Below, in pieces: positions 41,264 to 51,645 of a DNA stretch of 64,000 nucleotides. The notes under the pieces were generated by a model that saw only the letters and a list, made by a program, of their open reading frames with translations, was not told the origin of the DNA and did not search any database. The position numbers were made by a program, and so were the translations under genes. The first letter of the stretch is position 1. Every line of letters begins with the position of its first letter. The stretch comes from an uncultured Chromatiales bacterium (GTDB lineage: Bacteria > Pseudomonadota > Gammaproteobacteria > Poriferisulfidales > Poriferisulfidaceae), in NCBI GenBank assembly GCA_964526195.1, contig CAZGIH010000020.1, positions 12,803-76,802 on the forward strand, written 5' to 3'.

Positions 41264-42705
41264 CCGACGGCGCGGTCCGGCGTTACCTCCTGGATCCGGG
41301 AGATCTGACGCCGCAAACGCTGGAGCAGACCCTTGCGCATGCCTGGTCGCGGGCCTGCGATTATGCGGACGTGTACCTGCAGCATTCACAGCACGAATCA
41401 CTGACGATCGAGAATGGAGTGGTCAAGGATGCAGCTTTTACCCTGGAACAGGGCGCTGGTGTCCGTGCGGCATTGGGCGAAAAGACCGGGTTTGCGTATT
41501 CCGAGGAACTGAGTCCCGACCAATTGCTGGAGGCGGCCCGGGCCGCGCGTTCCATCGCGCATGGCGACCGGCAGGCCCGCCTGCCGCAGTCGTCTTCGAC
41601 TCCGCCGCCCGCCGTTTGTGCCTACGACAATCCGCTGCAGGACTTGGACATGGAGAAGAAGATCGCCCTGTTGCGCGAAGTGGACGAAACCGCCCGCGGA
41701 TTGGCTCCCGAGATCAAGAAGGTGACGGCCACCTTGGCGTCCACTTATGAGGTAATACTGATTGCCTCGACGGAAGGCGTATACCAGACCGATATCCGCC
41801 CGCTGGTGCGCCTGAGCGTCAGCGTTATTGCCGAACGGGATGGGCGGCGTGAAATCGGCGGACATGGCGGAGGCGGGCGCTACGGATACAGCCGGCTCCT
41901 GGAGACCGGGGCGCCGGCTCGATTTGCGCAGGAAGCCGTGCGCGTGGCTTTGCTCAACCTGGAATCCCAGGAAGCCCCGGCCGGCACCATGACCGTGGTG
42001 CTCGGGCACGGCTGGCCCGGCGTGCTGTTGCACGAGGCCATAGGACACGGTCTGGAGGGCGATGCGATTCGCAAGGGCACTTCGGCGTTCACCCACCTGA
42101 TGGGCCAGCGCGTGGCCAGCCCTGAAGTTACCGTGGTGGACAATGGCACCCTGCCGGACCGCCGTGGTTCCCTGTGCATGGACGATGAGGGCACCCCAAC
42201 CCAGAACACAGTGTTGATCGAGGACGGCATCATCCGCGGTTTCCTCTACGACCGGCTCAACGCGCGGCTGTGCAAGACTGAATCGACTGGTAACGGCCGC
42301 CGCGAATCCTACGCACACCAGCCGATGCCGCGCATGACCAATACCTACATGCAGGCGGGCGCCCATTCACCGGAAGAAATCCTGGCATCGGTCGACCATG
42401 GGCTGTATGCGGTCGGGTTCAATGGCGGACAGGTCGACATCACGTCCGGCAAATTCGTGTTTTCTGCCTCCGAGGCCTATCTGATCAAGGATGGGAAGAT
42501 TGCTCATCCCGTGAAGGGAGCGACCCTGGTCGGAGACGGCCCCAGCGTGCTGCGGCGCGTCAGCATGGTCGGCGACGATCTGGAACTCGACGATGGAATT
42601 GGCACCTGCGGCAAGGATGGACAGCAGGTCCCGGTGGGCGTTGGCCAGCCGACGTTGCGGGTCGACGAACTGACAGTCGGGGGGACCCGGATGCATGACG
42701 GCTGA
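41245..42705 (+). CDS. tldD: Metalloprotease TldD
   Basis: Start at MPDERVTD; HEAIGHGLEGD motif; followed by pmbA. Confidence 0.93.
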   Translation: MPDERVTDGAVRRYLLDPGDLTPQTLEQTLAHAWSRACDYADVYLQHSQHESLTIENGVVKDAAFTLEQGAGVRAALGEKTGFAYSEELSPDQLLEAARAARSIAHGDRQARLPQSSSTPPPAVCAYDNPLQDLDMEKKIALLREVDETARGLAPEIKKVTATLASTYEVILIASTEGVYQTDIRPLVRLSVSVIAERDGRREIGGHGGGGRYGYSRLLETGAPARFAQEAVRVALLNLESQEAPAGTMTVVLGHGWPGVLLHEAIGHGLEGDAIRKGTSAFTHLMGQRVASPEVTVVDNGTLPDRRGSLCMDDEGTPTQNTVLIEDGIIRGFLYDRLNARLCKTESTGNGRRESYAHQPMPRMTNTYMQAGAHSPEEILASVDHGLYAVGFNGGQVDITSGKFVFSASEAYLIKDGKIAHPVKGATLVGDGPSVLRRVSMVGDDLELDDGIGTCGKDGQQVPVGVGQPTLRVDELTVGGTRMHDG

Positions 42706-44035
42706 ATCCGCCTCGGCGCAGGACCTGCGCACGTGCGTTCAGCAAGCATTGGACCAGGCCCGTGGGCAAGGGGCCACCGCTGCGGCGGTTTCTCTGGATC
42801 GCGGTGAGGGTCTGACGGTCTCGGTGCGGCTTGGCGAGCTTGAGACCATCGAACGCGAGCAGGATCAAGGCCTGTCGATTACCGCCTACTTTGGCCAGCG
42901 GCGCGGTAATGCCTCCAGCACGGACCTGCGTGAAGATTCGGTCGAACGCACAGTCGAAGCGGCCTGCCAGATCGCCCGCAGTACCGAAGAAGATACCTGC
43001 CACGGCCTGCCGGACGAAGACCGACTGGCCTTCGAATACCCAGAGTTGGACCTTCATCATCCTTGGGATCTCGATAACGACGAAGCCATCCGGCTTGCAC
43101 TTGAGTGCGAAGATGCCGCGCGTGCCGATGCCCGCATCGCAAACTCGGAAGGGGCGGAAGTCCGCCGCTACGACGGCATCCGGGTGCTTGGCAACAGCTT
43201 GGGTTTCATGGGCGCCTACCGGCGCAGCAGCCACGATCTCAGTTGCTGTGTCGTGGCGGCAGACGAGGCTGGAGCGCAGGAGCGGGACTACTGGCACAGC
43301 ACTCACTGCGACTGGCGCAAGATGCAGGATCCCGGAACGGTGGGGCGCATTGCGGCAGAGCGAACCGTACGCCGCTTGGGAGCCCGACCGCTTGCCAGTT
43401 GTACCGCACCGGTATTGTTCGAGGCTCCGGTCGCGCGATCGCTACTCGGACATTTCGTGGGCGCGGCCAGCGGCCGGGCCCTCTACCATGAGGCGTCTTT
43501 TCTGCTGGGTCGGAAGGATGAACAGGTTTGGGCGGAGGAGGTCACCCTGACCGAACATCCACATGAGGTCGGAGGGGCAGCCAGCGCGCCGTTTGATGCG
43601 GAAGGCGTGGCGACGCAGGAGCGGACCGTGGTGGATAACGGCATCCTGCGCGAGTGGTTTCTGAGCAGCTATTCCGCACGCAGGCTCGGCCTGGCCTCTA
43701 CCGGCAATGCCGGCGGAGTACGGAATCTCGTATTGGAATCCCGGGAGCCTGCGTTGTCCTGGGATGAATTGTTGCAGCGCCTCGGGCGGGGATTGGTGGT
43801 GACGGAGCTGATGGGGCAGGGCGTCAACCAGGTGACCGGCGATTACTCCCGCGGTGCGGCGGGATTCTGGGTCGAGAATGGTGCCGTGGCGCACCCCGTG
43901 CACGAAATCACCATCGCTGGTTCCCTACCGGACATGTACCGTGGGATTGTCGCGGTCGGAGCGGAGCAGGACCGCCGCGGTTCTCTTCAGACCGGAGCGT
44001 TACTGGTCGACCGGATGCAGATCGCTGGCGTCTGA
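42695..44035 (+). CDS. pmbA: Metalloprotease PmbA (TldE)
   Basis: 446 aa; paralogous to TldD with its typical C-terminal domain; overlaps the tldD stop. Confidence 0.93.
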   Translation: MTAESASAQDLRTCVQQALDQARGQGATAAAVSLDRGEGLTVSVRLGELETIEREQDQGLSITAYFGQRRGNASSTDLREDSVERTVEAACQIARSTEEDTCHGLPDEDRLAFEYPELDLHHPWDLDNDEAIRLALECEDAARADARIANSEGAEVRRYDGIRVLGNSLGFMGAYRRSSHDLSCCVVAADEAGAQERDYWHSTHCDWRKMQDPGTVGRIAAERTVRRLGARPLASCTAPVLFEAPVARSLLGHFVGAASGRALYHEASFLLGRKDEQVWAEEVTLTEHPHEVGGAASAPFDAEGVATQERTVVDNGILREWFLSSYSARRLGLASTGNAGGVRNLVLESREPALSWDELLQRLGRGLVVTELMGQGVNQVTGDYSRGAAGFWVENGAVAHPVHEITIAGSLPDMYRGIVAVGAEQDRRGSLQTGALLVDRMQIAGV

Positions 44036-44710
44036 CTGATCCAGGCTGGCCAATTCAAGCCGAACCTTTTCGTCGCCGTCCTCCATGCGCACGGTGCGAA
44101 CCATCCACTGGCCGCGCTTGGGATCGTGCCAGGTGATGATGCGTGAGTCCTCGGCGCTTCCGCGAATGCGGATCACCTTCCAGACCAGCCGCTCTTGACC
44201 CAGCACTTCGAGGGGTTCCAACACCGGAGTCTCGAAACGATATACCTTGAGCAGGCCCTTGGAGAGGACACTGTAGTTGGGCGAGGGGCTGGGCAGGTCA
44301 CGAAGCAGACGTACGGCCATGGCGGCAGGATCCAGTGTGCTGTCCCCGAGTGGTTCGGTGGATTCGTTTTCATGGGTTGTGATGAGAACTTGGCCGTGAG
44401 ACCAGTCGTAGACGTATCGGTAGTGGCGTTCCCGGCCTGAATCGTGATAGAAGTACTCTTGGGGCTGCAGATTTTCGCTGCTCATGGTGCCGCGCTCGAT
44501 GATGGTGCCTTGGCCGAACAGGCGGGCCAGCCAGTTCGGTTTTGCAATGGCCTTGTAGTAGGTGTGGGCCGTTTCGCGCGTGAGAGTGACGGTGACCGTC
44601 CCGGTCCGCGCGCCTTGGTAGTAAAGGTCGTAGGTGGCTTGGGTGGTGTCCGCAGCGGCAGCGGATAAGCCAAAAAATAAAAGGCCGCAGAGGCTAGGGG
44701 CCAGCCTCAT
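44000..44710 (-). CDS. DUF3108-family exported protein
   Basis: 236 aa; signal peptide; sits beside purN as in other gammaproteobacteria. Confidence 0.55.
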   Translation of the reverse strand: MRLAPSLCGLLFFGLSAAAADTTQATYDLYYQGARTGTVTVTLTRETAHTYYKAIAKPNWLARLFGQGTIIERGTMSSENLQPQEYFYHDSGRERHYRYVYDWSHGQVLITTHENESTEPLGDSTLDPAAMAVRLLRDLPSPSPNYSVLSKGLLKVYRFETPVLEPLEVLGQERLVWKVIRIRGSAEDSRIITWHDPKRGQWMVRTVRMEDGDEKVRLELASLDQSDASDLHPVDQ

Positions 44711-45329
44711 AAATCAACGGTTCGTCGAGCCGTTCTCCGCGAAGATGGACAGCCCCGTCATGCAAGCGCAGGAGGCCGTCGCAGTACCACTGGACCGCCA
44801 GCGGCAGGATCAGGTGTTCTTGTTCCAGCACGCGAAGGGCCAGTGCTCTTTCGGTATCGTCCAGATGTACGGGCACGCTCGCCTGGATAATCAGCGGGCC
44901 TTCATCCAGATCCACGGTCACGAAGTGTACGCTGCACCCGTGGTGTTTTTCGCCAGCTTCCAAGACTCGGCGATGAGTGTTTGCGCCGCGGTAGGCCGGA
45001 AGCAGGGAGGGGTGGATGTTGAGTATGCGCCCGAGATAGGGCCCGACTATGATTTCGGACAAGACGCGCATGTAGCCGGCTAGGCAGACCAACTCGACGC
45101 CGTGTCCCTGCAGGGCCGCGAGCGTTTTTTCTTCCCGAGCTGTCCGGTCGGTGTCGCCAATGACCAGCGTCTCGATGCCGGCCGCTCTCGCGCGGTCCAG
45201 CCCGTGCGCTTGTGGTTTGTTGCTGATAACGCAGCGAATTTCAGCATAGATACGGCGCTGGTGCACCGCATCGATCAGGGCTTGCAGATTTGTTCCCTCA
45301 CCGGAGAACAAGATCGCCATCGGGATCAT
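44694..45329 (-). CDS. purN: Phosphoribosylglycinamide formyltransferase
   Basis: 211 aa; ILFSGEGTNL and NIHPSLLP motifs. Confidence 0.93.
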   Translation of the reverse strand: MIPMAILFSGEGTNLQALIDAVHQRRIYAEIRCVISNKPQAHGLDRARAAGIETLVIGDTDRTAREEKTLAALQGHGVELVCLAGYMRVLSEIIVGPYLGRILNIHPSLLPAYRGANTHRRVLEAGEKHHGCSVHFVTVDLDEGPLIIQASVPVHLDDTERALALRVLEQEHLILPLAVQWYCDGLLRLHDGAVHLRGERLDEPLIYEAGP

Positions 45330-46378
45330 GGCTGCGTATTATATGCCGTTTGAGCGGGGCCTTCCCGGGCGATGATTTCGCCGATGATTCGGGCGCCCAA
45401 TCCAGTGGATTGAATGTTCTGCGTCACGGTTTCTGCGTCTTCCGAACGGATCAACGCGACCATGCCGATTCCGCAGTTGAAAATGCGCCGCATCTCTTCT
45501 TCATCAACGTTGCCCTCCGACTGTATCCAGTCGAACAACTCCGGGCGTGTCCAGCTTTCTAGGTCGATTTGTGCGGACAGGCCTTCCGGCAGGACGCGCG
45601 GAACGTTTTCGGTCAAGCCGCCACCCGTAATGTGGGCCAGTGCGAGAGCCTTTCCGGAATCGATGACTTCCCGCAAGTGCGGTTCGTAAATCGTGGTGGG
45701 TTGCAGCAGCGCTTCCAGTCGGTTTGGATCTTCCGGTGCCGTCTCCAGCAGGCGGTTGACGAGCGAGAAGCCGTTGGCGTGCACGCCGCTGGAGTCCATC
45801 CCGATCAAAACGTCTCCCGGCTGGATGTCCGGACGGGGGAGCAGGCGGTCGCGTTCAGCAAGACCGACGCAGAACCCAGCGAGGTCGTAGTCGCCGGGGC
45901 GGTAGAGCTTGGGCATCTCGGCTGTTTCCCCGCCAAGCAGGACGCAACCGGCCTGTTGGCATCCCGCCGCGATCCCGCGAACTACATCTTCCGCTTCTTC
46001 CACGTTCAGCGTCCCGCAGGCGTAATAGTCGAGGAACAGCAGGGCGCGTGCGCCGTGCGTCAGGACATCGTTCGCGCACATGGCCACGAGGTCGATGCCA
46101 ATGGTTTCGTGTTGCTGGAGCTTTTGAGCCAGGAGCAGCTTGGTGCCGACCCCGTCTGTTCCGCAGACCAGCACGGGTTGCGTATAGTCCTGCGCTAGCT
46201 GGTAAAGTCCGCCGAATCCACCAAGGTCACCGAGGACTTGTTCGTTGAAGGTTTGCCGCGCGAGCGGCGCAAGGCGTTTCACCAAGCGATTGCCGGCGTC
46301 GATATCGACCCCGGCCTCCCGGTAGGCGGAAGCAGAAGATTTTTTCTCTGGCACGGAACCGCTCGGTACGCGCGCCAT
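45326..46378 (-). CDS. purM: Phosphoribosylformylglycinamidine cyclo-ligase (AIR synthetase)
   Basis: 350 aa; VCGTDGVGTKLLLA and PurM C-terminal domain. Confidence 0.96.
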   Translation of the reverse strand: MARVPSGSVPEKKSSASAYREAGVDIDAGNRLVKRLAPLARQTFNEQVLGDLGGFGGLYQLAQDYTQPVLVCGTDGVGTKLLLAQKLQQHETIGIDLVAMCANDVLTHGARALLFLDYYACGTLNVEEAEDVVRGIAAGCQQAGCVLLGGETAEMPKLYRPGDYDLAGFCVGLAERDRLLPRPDIQPGDVLIGMDSSGVHANGFSLVNRLLETAPEDPNRLEALLQPTTIYEPHLREVIDSGKALALAHITGGGLTENVPRVLPEGLSAQIDLESWTRPELFDWIQSEGNVDEEEMRRIFNCGIGMVALIRSEDAETVTQNIQSTGLGARIIGEIIAREGPAQTAYNTQP

Positions 46379-46412
46379 TTTACTCCTGCATTAAAATATC
46401 TGTGGAAAGCCC

Positions 46413-46964
46413 ATGATCCAGCACATTCCTAATCTGATCAGCGTCCTGCGCCTGCTTTTGGTGCCATGGTTTGCCATGCTGCTGCTGGAACAGCAGTTCG
46501 GTTTGGCACTGATCCTGTTCATCGTGATGGGCATCTCGGATGGCCTGGATGGCTTCCTGGCCCGTTATTTGAAAGCTACGAGCGCTCTGGGGGCCGGGTT
46601 GGATCCGCTTGCGGACAAGGTGATGCTGGTGGCCGCTTTCGTGGTGCTGGGGCACCTGGAATTGCTGCCAGTGTGGCTGGTAGCGTTGGTGGTGGGGCGC
46701 GATGTCATGGTCATCGGGGGAACCCTGATGAACTACCTGCTCCATCCCGGCCAAAAAACCGCAGTTCTGAAAGTCGGGAAAATTAATACTTTCGTGCAAA
46801 TCATCACGGTGTTCGCCTTCATGGGAAACCAGTTGGCCGTTCTGCCGCCGATGTTGCTTGATGTCCTGCTGTGGGCGACCGTGCTCGCAACGTTCGTCAG
46901 CGGGATCGGGTACATACTGGTCTGGGGTGGATTGCTGGCGGATCCTGGGGACGCTTCCCAATGA
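46413..46964 (+). CDS. CDP-alcohol phosphatidyltransferase-family membrane protein
   Basis: 183 aa; DG..AR...G...D...D motif (SDGLDGFLAR...GAGLDPLADK); multiple TM helices. Confidence 0.8.
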   Translation: MIQHIPNLISVLRLLLVPWFAMLLLEQQFGLALILFIVMGISDGLDGFLARYLKATSALGAGLDPLADKVMLVAAFVVLGHLELLPVWLVALVVGRDVMVIGGTLMNYLLHPGQKTAVLKVGKINTFVQIITVFAFMGNQLAVLPPMLLDVLLWATVLATFVSGIGYILVWGGLLADPGDASQ

Positions 46965-47668
46965 GCCAATTGATTCTGCCGCTCGGCTCCAATCCGCGGC
47001 ATACCTTTGCCAATTTCTGCACGGACGGCAACGAGGGAATTCTCGATGCGCTGGAATCCTTGCCGCGACAGGGCGGGTCCTTGTGGCTGCATGGCCCTCA
47101 GGACAGCGGGAAGACGCACCTGCTGCAAGCGGTCTGCCATCAGGCGAAGGCTCGGGAAGAGTCCGCGGCCTATCTGCCGCTGAAGCAAATGCGGGAACTG
47201 GGTCCGGAAACTCTGGACGGCCTGGAGCAGTGCCTGTGGATTTGCCTGGATGACGTGGATGCCGTGCTGGAACAAGGGGATTGGGAACAACGGCTGTTCG
47301 GCTTGGTCAATCAGGCGATGGATCATGGTGCCAGCCTGATGATGGCAGCGCGTCAGCCTGCGGAAAGTGTGTCGGTGGAATTGCCCGATCTGCGTTCCCG
47401 ACTCCGCGGTGCCGTGTCGTTTCCACTGCAGCCCCTAGATGACGAACGGCAATCCGAAGCATTGCGTCGCCGCGCGCGCAGCCAAGGGTACGACCTGCCG
47501 GAGGATGCGGTGCGCTACATGCAGCGCCATGTGGTCCGCGGTTTAGGACAACTCTGTCAGTTGCTGGATCAGTTGGAGCAGGCCTCGCTAAGCCAGCAGC
47601 GGCGAATTACCGTGCCGTTCGTGCGTGAGGTGTTGGCCCAGTCGCCGACTTCGGAGAGCCGGCTCTGA
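46961..47668 (+). CDS. hda: DnaA regulatory inactivator Hda
   Basis: Start at MSQLILPLG (ATGA overlap with the previous gene); AAA+ P-loop LWLHGPQDSGKTHLLQA; about 235 aa. Confidence 0.85.
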   Translation: MSQLILPLGSNPRHTFANFCTDGNEGILDALESLPRQGGSLWLHGPQDSGKTHLLQAVCHQAKAREESAAYLPLKQMRELGPETLDGLEQCLWICLDDVDAVLEQGDWEQRLFGLVNQAMDHGASLMMAARQPAESVSVELPDLRSRLRGAVSFPLQPLDDERQSEALRRRARSQGYDLPEDAVRYMQRHVVRGLGQLCQLLDQLEQASLSQQRRITVPFVREVLAQSPTSESRL

Positions 47669-47670
47669 AT

Positions 47671-48629
<959 letters not shown>

Positions 48630-48642
48630 GCGCGTGGGAGAC

Positions 48643-49380
48643 TTAGGGGATAGGCAGCATGATGACGGCACCCATCGTCTTCACCGCGGCCTGGTGGGCA
48701 CGGTCCCGCCAACCGCTCGTGATGCTCGCCAGCACTCGCTGGTGCCCGACGAGTCGATCCAGGATCTGCTCGGGAGTCGGCTTAGGAAGCCCCGATTCCA
48801 GGAGCTGGTCATCGCCCTCGTGCCGTATGATCGGCTGGCCATCCGATCCAGTCCGACGTTCCAGGCTGACGCGAACGATTTCCAGGTTGTTGGCGAAGTT
48901 TTCGAGATTCTCGGAATCCAACCGGTTCAGGGCGAAAAATTCCAGCTTGTCGTTGTACGCAATCCGCATCTGGCTGACGAGGCCGACCATCAGCGCGAAG
49001 ATCCGGTCGCCGATGAAGCGGGGCTCGAATGCCAACTGCATCGCCTCGGTGCCGCGGTGGCTGTTCAGTTCTCCGAATCGCAACTCGTCGTAAGTGCGGT
49101 CCGGCAGTACCAGGGCGACCCGCTCGTCGACCGTGGCGGTCGGCATTTTCTCCAGTTCTTCGGGGTTGAGCCGGTACAACTCCCGCATCAGTTCTTCGAG
49201 CCCCTCGGTGGTCGCGTTCAGGTGTGCGTCCAAGGCGTAGTCCACGCTGGTTTTGGCGATTCCCTTGACCTCTTCGGGGATGTCCTGGGTGCTGAAGAGG
49301 TCGGTTTTGCAGCCGGTCAGCGCCAGCACCAGTGTCAGTGCCAAGCCGATGCGGATTCCATGGGGGTAAATAGTGTTCAT
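48643..49380 (-). CDS. Hypothetical lipoprotein
   Basis: 245 aa; lipobox LALTGC after the signal peptide. Confidence 0.5.
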   Translation of the reverse strand: MNTIYPHGIRIGLALTLVLALTGCKTDLFSTQDIPEEVKGIAKTSVDYALDAHLNATTEGLEELMRELYRLNPEELEKMPTATVDERVALVLPDRTYDELRFGELNSHRGTEAMQLAFEPRFIGDRIFALMVGLVSQMRIAYNDKLEFFALNRLDSENLENFANNLEIVRVSLERRTGSDGQPIIRHEGDDQLLESGLPKPTPEQILDRLVGHQRVLASITSGWRDRAHQAAVKTMGAVIMLPIP

Positions 49381-51611
49381 AGGGTGATGCGGCGGTAGAT
49401 GTCGGACACCTTGGTCGGGAGTTTCTCGATGTGGCTGACCACGGCGAAGTTAGAGGCTCCGTACATGTGCGGAAGGTACTCCATGCCCTCTTTGTCTATG
49501 GTAATGCAATACGAGTGGATTCCCAAATGTCGGGCCTCATTCAGCGCTTGGCGGGTATCCTCGATGCCGTAAGTGCCCCGGTAGCCGTCCTGGTCGTCCG
49601 GCTTGCCGTCAGACAGCGTGATCAGCAAGCGGGTGCGGGCTTCCGTGTCTTTCAGCAGTTGCGTGAGATGGCGGATCATCACGCCCATGCGGGTGTAGTT
49701 CCGGGGCGTAATGCCGCTGATGCGGCGGCGAACGTCGCTGCCGTAGGCCTCGTCCAGGTTCTTGATCGGGTACAACTCGCAATTGCGATGGGTGCGCCCG
49801 GAAAATCCATAGATCGCATAGCGATCCCCCAACGCTTCCAATGCACCGCACAGCAGCACCAGCGCCTCGCGCATCAGATCGTTGATCCAGCCGGACGTGG
49901 AGCTGCTCATGTCGATCAGGAACATCACGGCGATGTCGCGGTCTAGCTTCTTCATCCGGGTGAATAAACGTTCATCCAGTTCCGAGCCGTTGACATAGTC
50001 GCTGTAGGCGTTGATGAAACTGTCCAGGTCTACCTCGTCGCCGTGCATCTCCCGACGAACGCGCTTTTCCTCGTCGCGCAGGGCTTCGAACGTGCGCCGG
50101 AGCCCGGCGAGCAGGCGGCGGTGCCGATCCATCGTGTCCAGTGCGAACTGTTCGCTGGTGCCGGTGATCGGGCGTTCGTACAACTGGCACCAGTCGGTCC
50201 GGTACTTCTGGCGGGAATGATCCCACTCCGGGTAAACGTAGTCAGCGTCTCCGTTCGCGGGTGAAGAAGCATCCTCCAGTTCTTCCGAAGCCGGGGGATA
50301 GGCGCCGGTGCTGGCCGGCTCGAGATATTCATCGGGGATTTCCCCGAGGTCCTGAATGATGGACTCCAGCAGTTGCTGGACATCTTCGGACGGAATGACG
50401 GTTTCGTCGCCGAGTTCCAGGGAAAACGCAAACTCGTCGGCCACTTGATTTTGATCCCTGCGCACGGTGAAGCGTTCGTTTTGTTCTTTCTCGGACTGGA
50501 AAGGAGACAGTTCCTTCTTCAGGCTGAGCAGAGCATTCGCCAGTTGATGTTGCTCTTCGTCCACCCGTCTGACTAGGATTTCGGATGCAAGCTCCGGGCG
50601 CAGTACGCCTTGGTACGGAACCTCCGGAAGCGTTACTGCGGTCGGGTAGAGCCCTTCGAGCAGGCGGAGAGAGTCTTCGACCGTGGCTTTCGGATCCGAG
50701 ATTTCCGCGACGGCGGCCGTCCATGCGTCGGGCAATTCCGTCCACGCATCGGGCGGGTTATGGCGCTTGAGGATGCGGCCGATGCCGGGCATGTCGCGCC
50801 GGATCCGGGCATCCAAACGGAGCATTTCCAGTGCGTGGAAGTAGTGGCGGGCGCGGGCACGATCCGAATAGCTGGCAAAGGCGTCAGTGGGTGCCCGATA
50901 TGTCCCGCACCGGATTTGCGCCCACAGGTACGCGGCGGTAGCCTTGAGCAGGTCGAAGTTTTCTTCCCGGGTGCCGCAGGCGTCTATCAGTTCGGGCAGG
51001 TAGACGGTTTCCGTGTCGGTGTAGGGTTCTGCAGCGGTTCCCACTTTGAGCGGCCGTCCACCGAAGCCGACCAGTAGTGATTCGACCAGCCGCTCCACAT
51101 CGCTGAGACGGACGCTACGGGTGCCACCGAGGATTTTCTGCAGGTAGCCTTCGACTTCCTGCATGGCTTGTACGGCGGCGTCGACCCCGATCTGGTCGTA
51201 GCAGGCGCGCAGATGGTCGAGCCAGCCATCCCAGTGCTCCTCGTCGATCAGCCGAAGCGATGGGATGCCGAAGTGGAAGAATTGATAGGCCAGTTCGACG
51301 TCGCGATCAGCCAGGGCTTGCCCGGAATTCAGGAAGCGGCGTTGCTCGAAGTGGTTGAAGGGAGCCAGTTGCTTTGCGGGTTCGTGCACGCGGCGCCGAG
51401 TGGAAAGGATGCGCTCGATGATCTGCTCCATGCGCAGTTCCAACTCGCGTTCTCCCATCCCGCCGTATTGGGCACTGGCTTGGATGCGGGGGCCTTGTTC
51501 AATTAGTTCTTCCGGTAGCCGGGCCGAGCCTTGACGGACGTTTCGGTACAACTGGACCCACGGTGCGGCGAGCTTGCCGAGAACCAATTTCAGGAATGAC
51601 CGAGCCGGCAT
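49377..51611 (-). CDS. Large VWA-domain protein of the NorD/CbbO type (cognate MoxR-type AAA+ partner not adjacent)
   Basis: 744 aa; C-terminal VWA domain (DMSSS MIDAS motif; ...LLITLSDGKPDD...); long alpha-helical N-terminal region. Confidence 0.7.
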   Translation of the reverse strand: MPARSFLKLVLGKLAAPWVQLYRNVRQGSARLPEELIEQGPRIQASAQYGGMGERELELRMEQIIERILSTRRRVHEPAKQLAPFNHFEQRRFLNSGQALADRDVELAYQFFHFGIPSLRLIDEEHWDGWLDHLRACYDQIGVDAAVQAMQEVEGYLQKILGGTRSVRLSDVERLVESLLVGFGGRPLKVGTAAEPYTDTETVYLPELIDACGTREENFDLLKATAAYLWAQIRCGTYRAPTDAFASYSDRARARHYFHALEMLRLDARIRRDMPGIGRILKRHNPPDAWTELPDAWTAAVAEISDPKATVEDSLRLLEGLYPTAVTLPEVPYQGVLRPELASEILVRRVDEEQHQLANALLSLKKELSPFQSEKEQNERFTVRRDQNQVADEFAFSLELGDETVIPSEDVQQLLESIIQDLGEIPDEYLEPASTGAYPPASEELEDASSPANGDADYVYPEWDHSRQKYRTDWCQLYERPITGTSEQFALDTMDRHRRLLAGLRRTFEALRDEEKRVRREMHGDEVDLDSFINAYSDYVNGSELDERLFTRMKKLDRDIAVMFLIDMSSSTSGWINDLMREALVLLCGALEALGDRYAIYGFSGRTHRNCELYPIKNLDEAYGSDVRRRISGITPRNYTRMGVMIRHLTQLLKDTEARTRLLITLSDGKPDDQDGYRGTYGIEDTRQALNEARHLGIHSYCITIDKEGMEYLPHMYGASNFAVVSHIEKLPTKVSDIYRRITL

Positions 51612-51645
51612 CGCGATCTATCCGCAGGCGTCGGATTCGGCGGAG

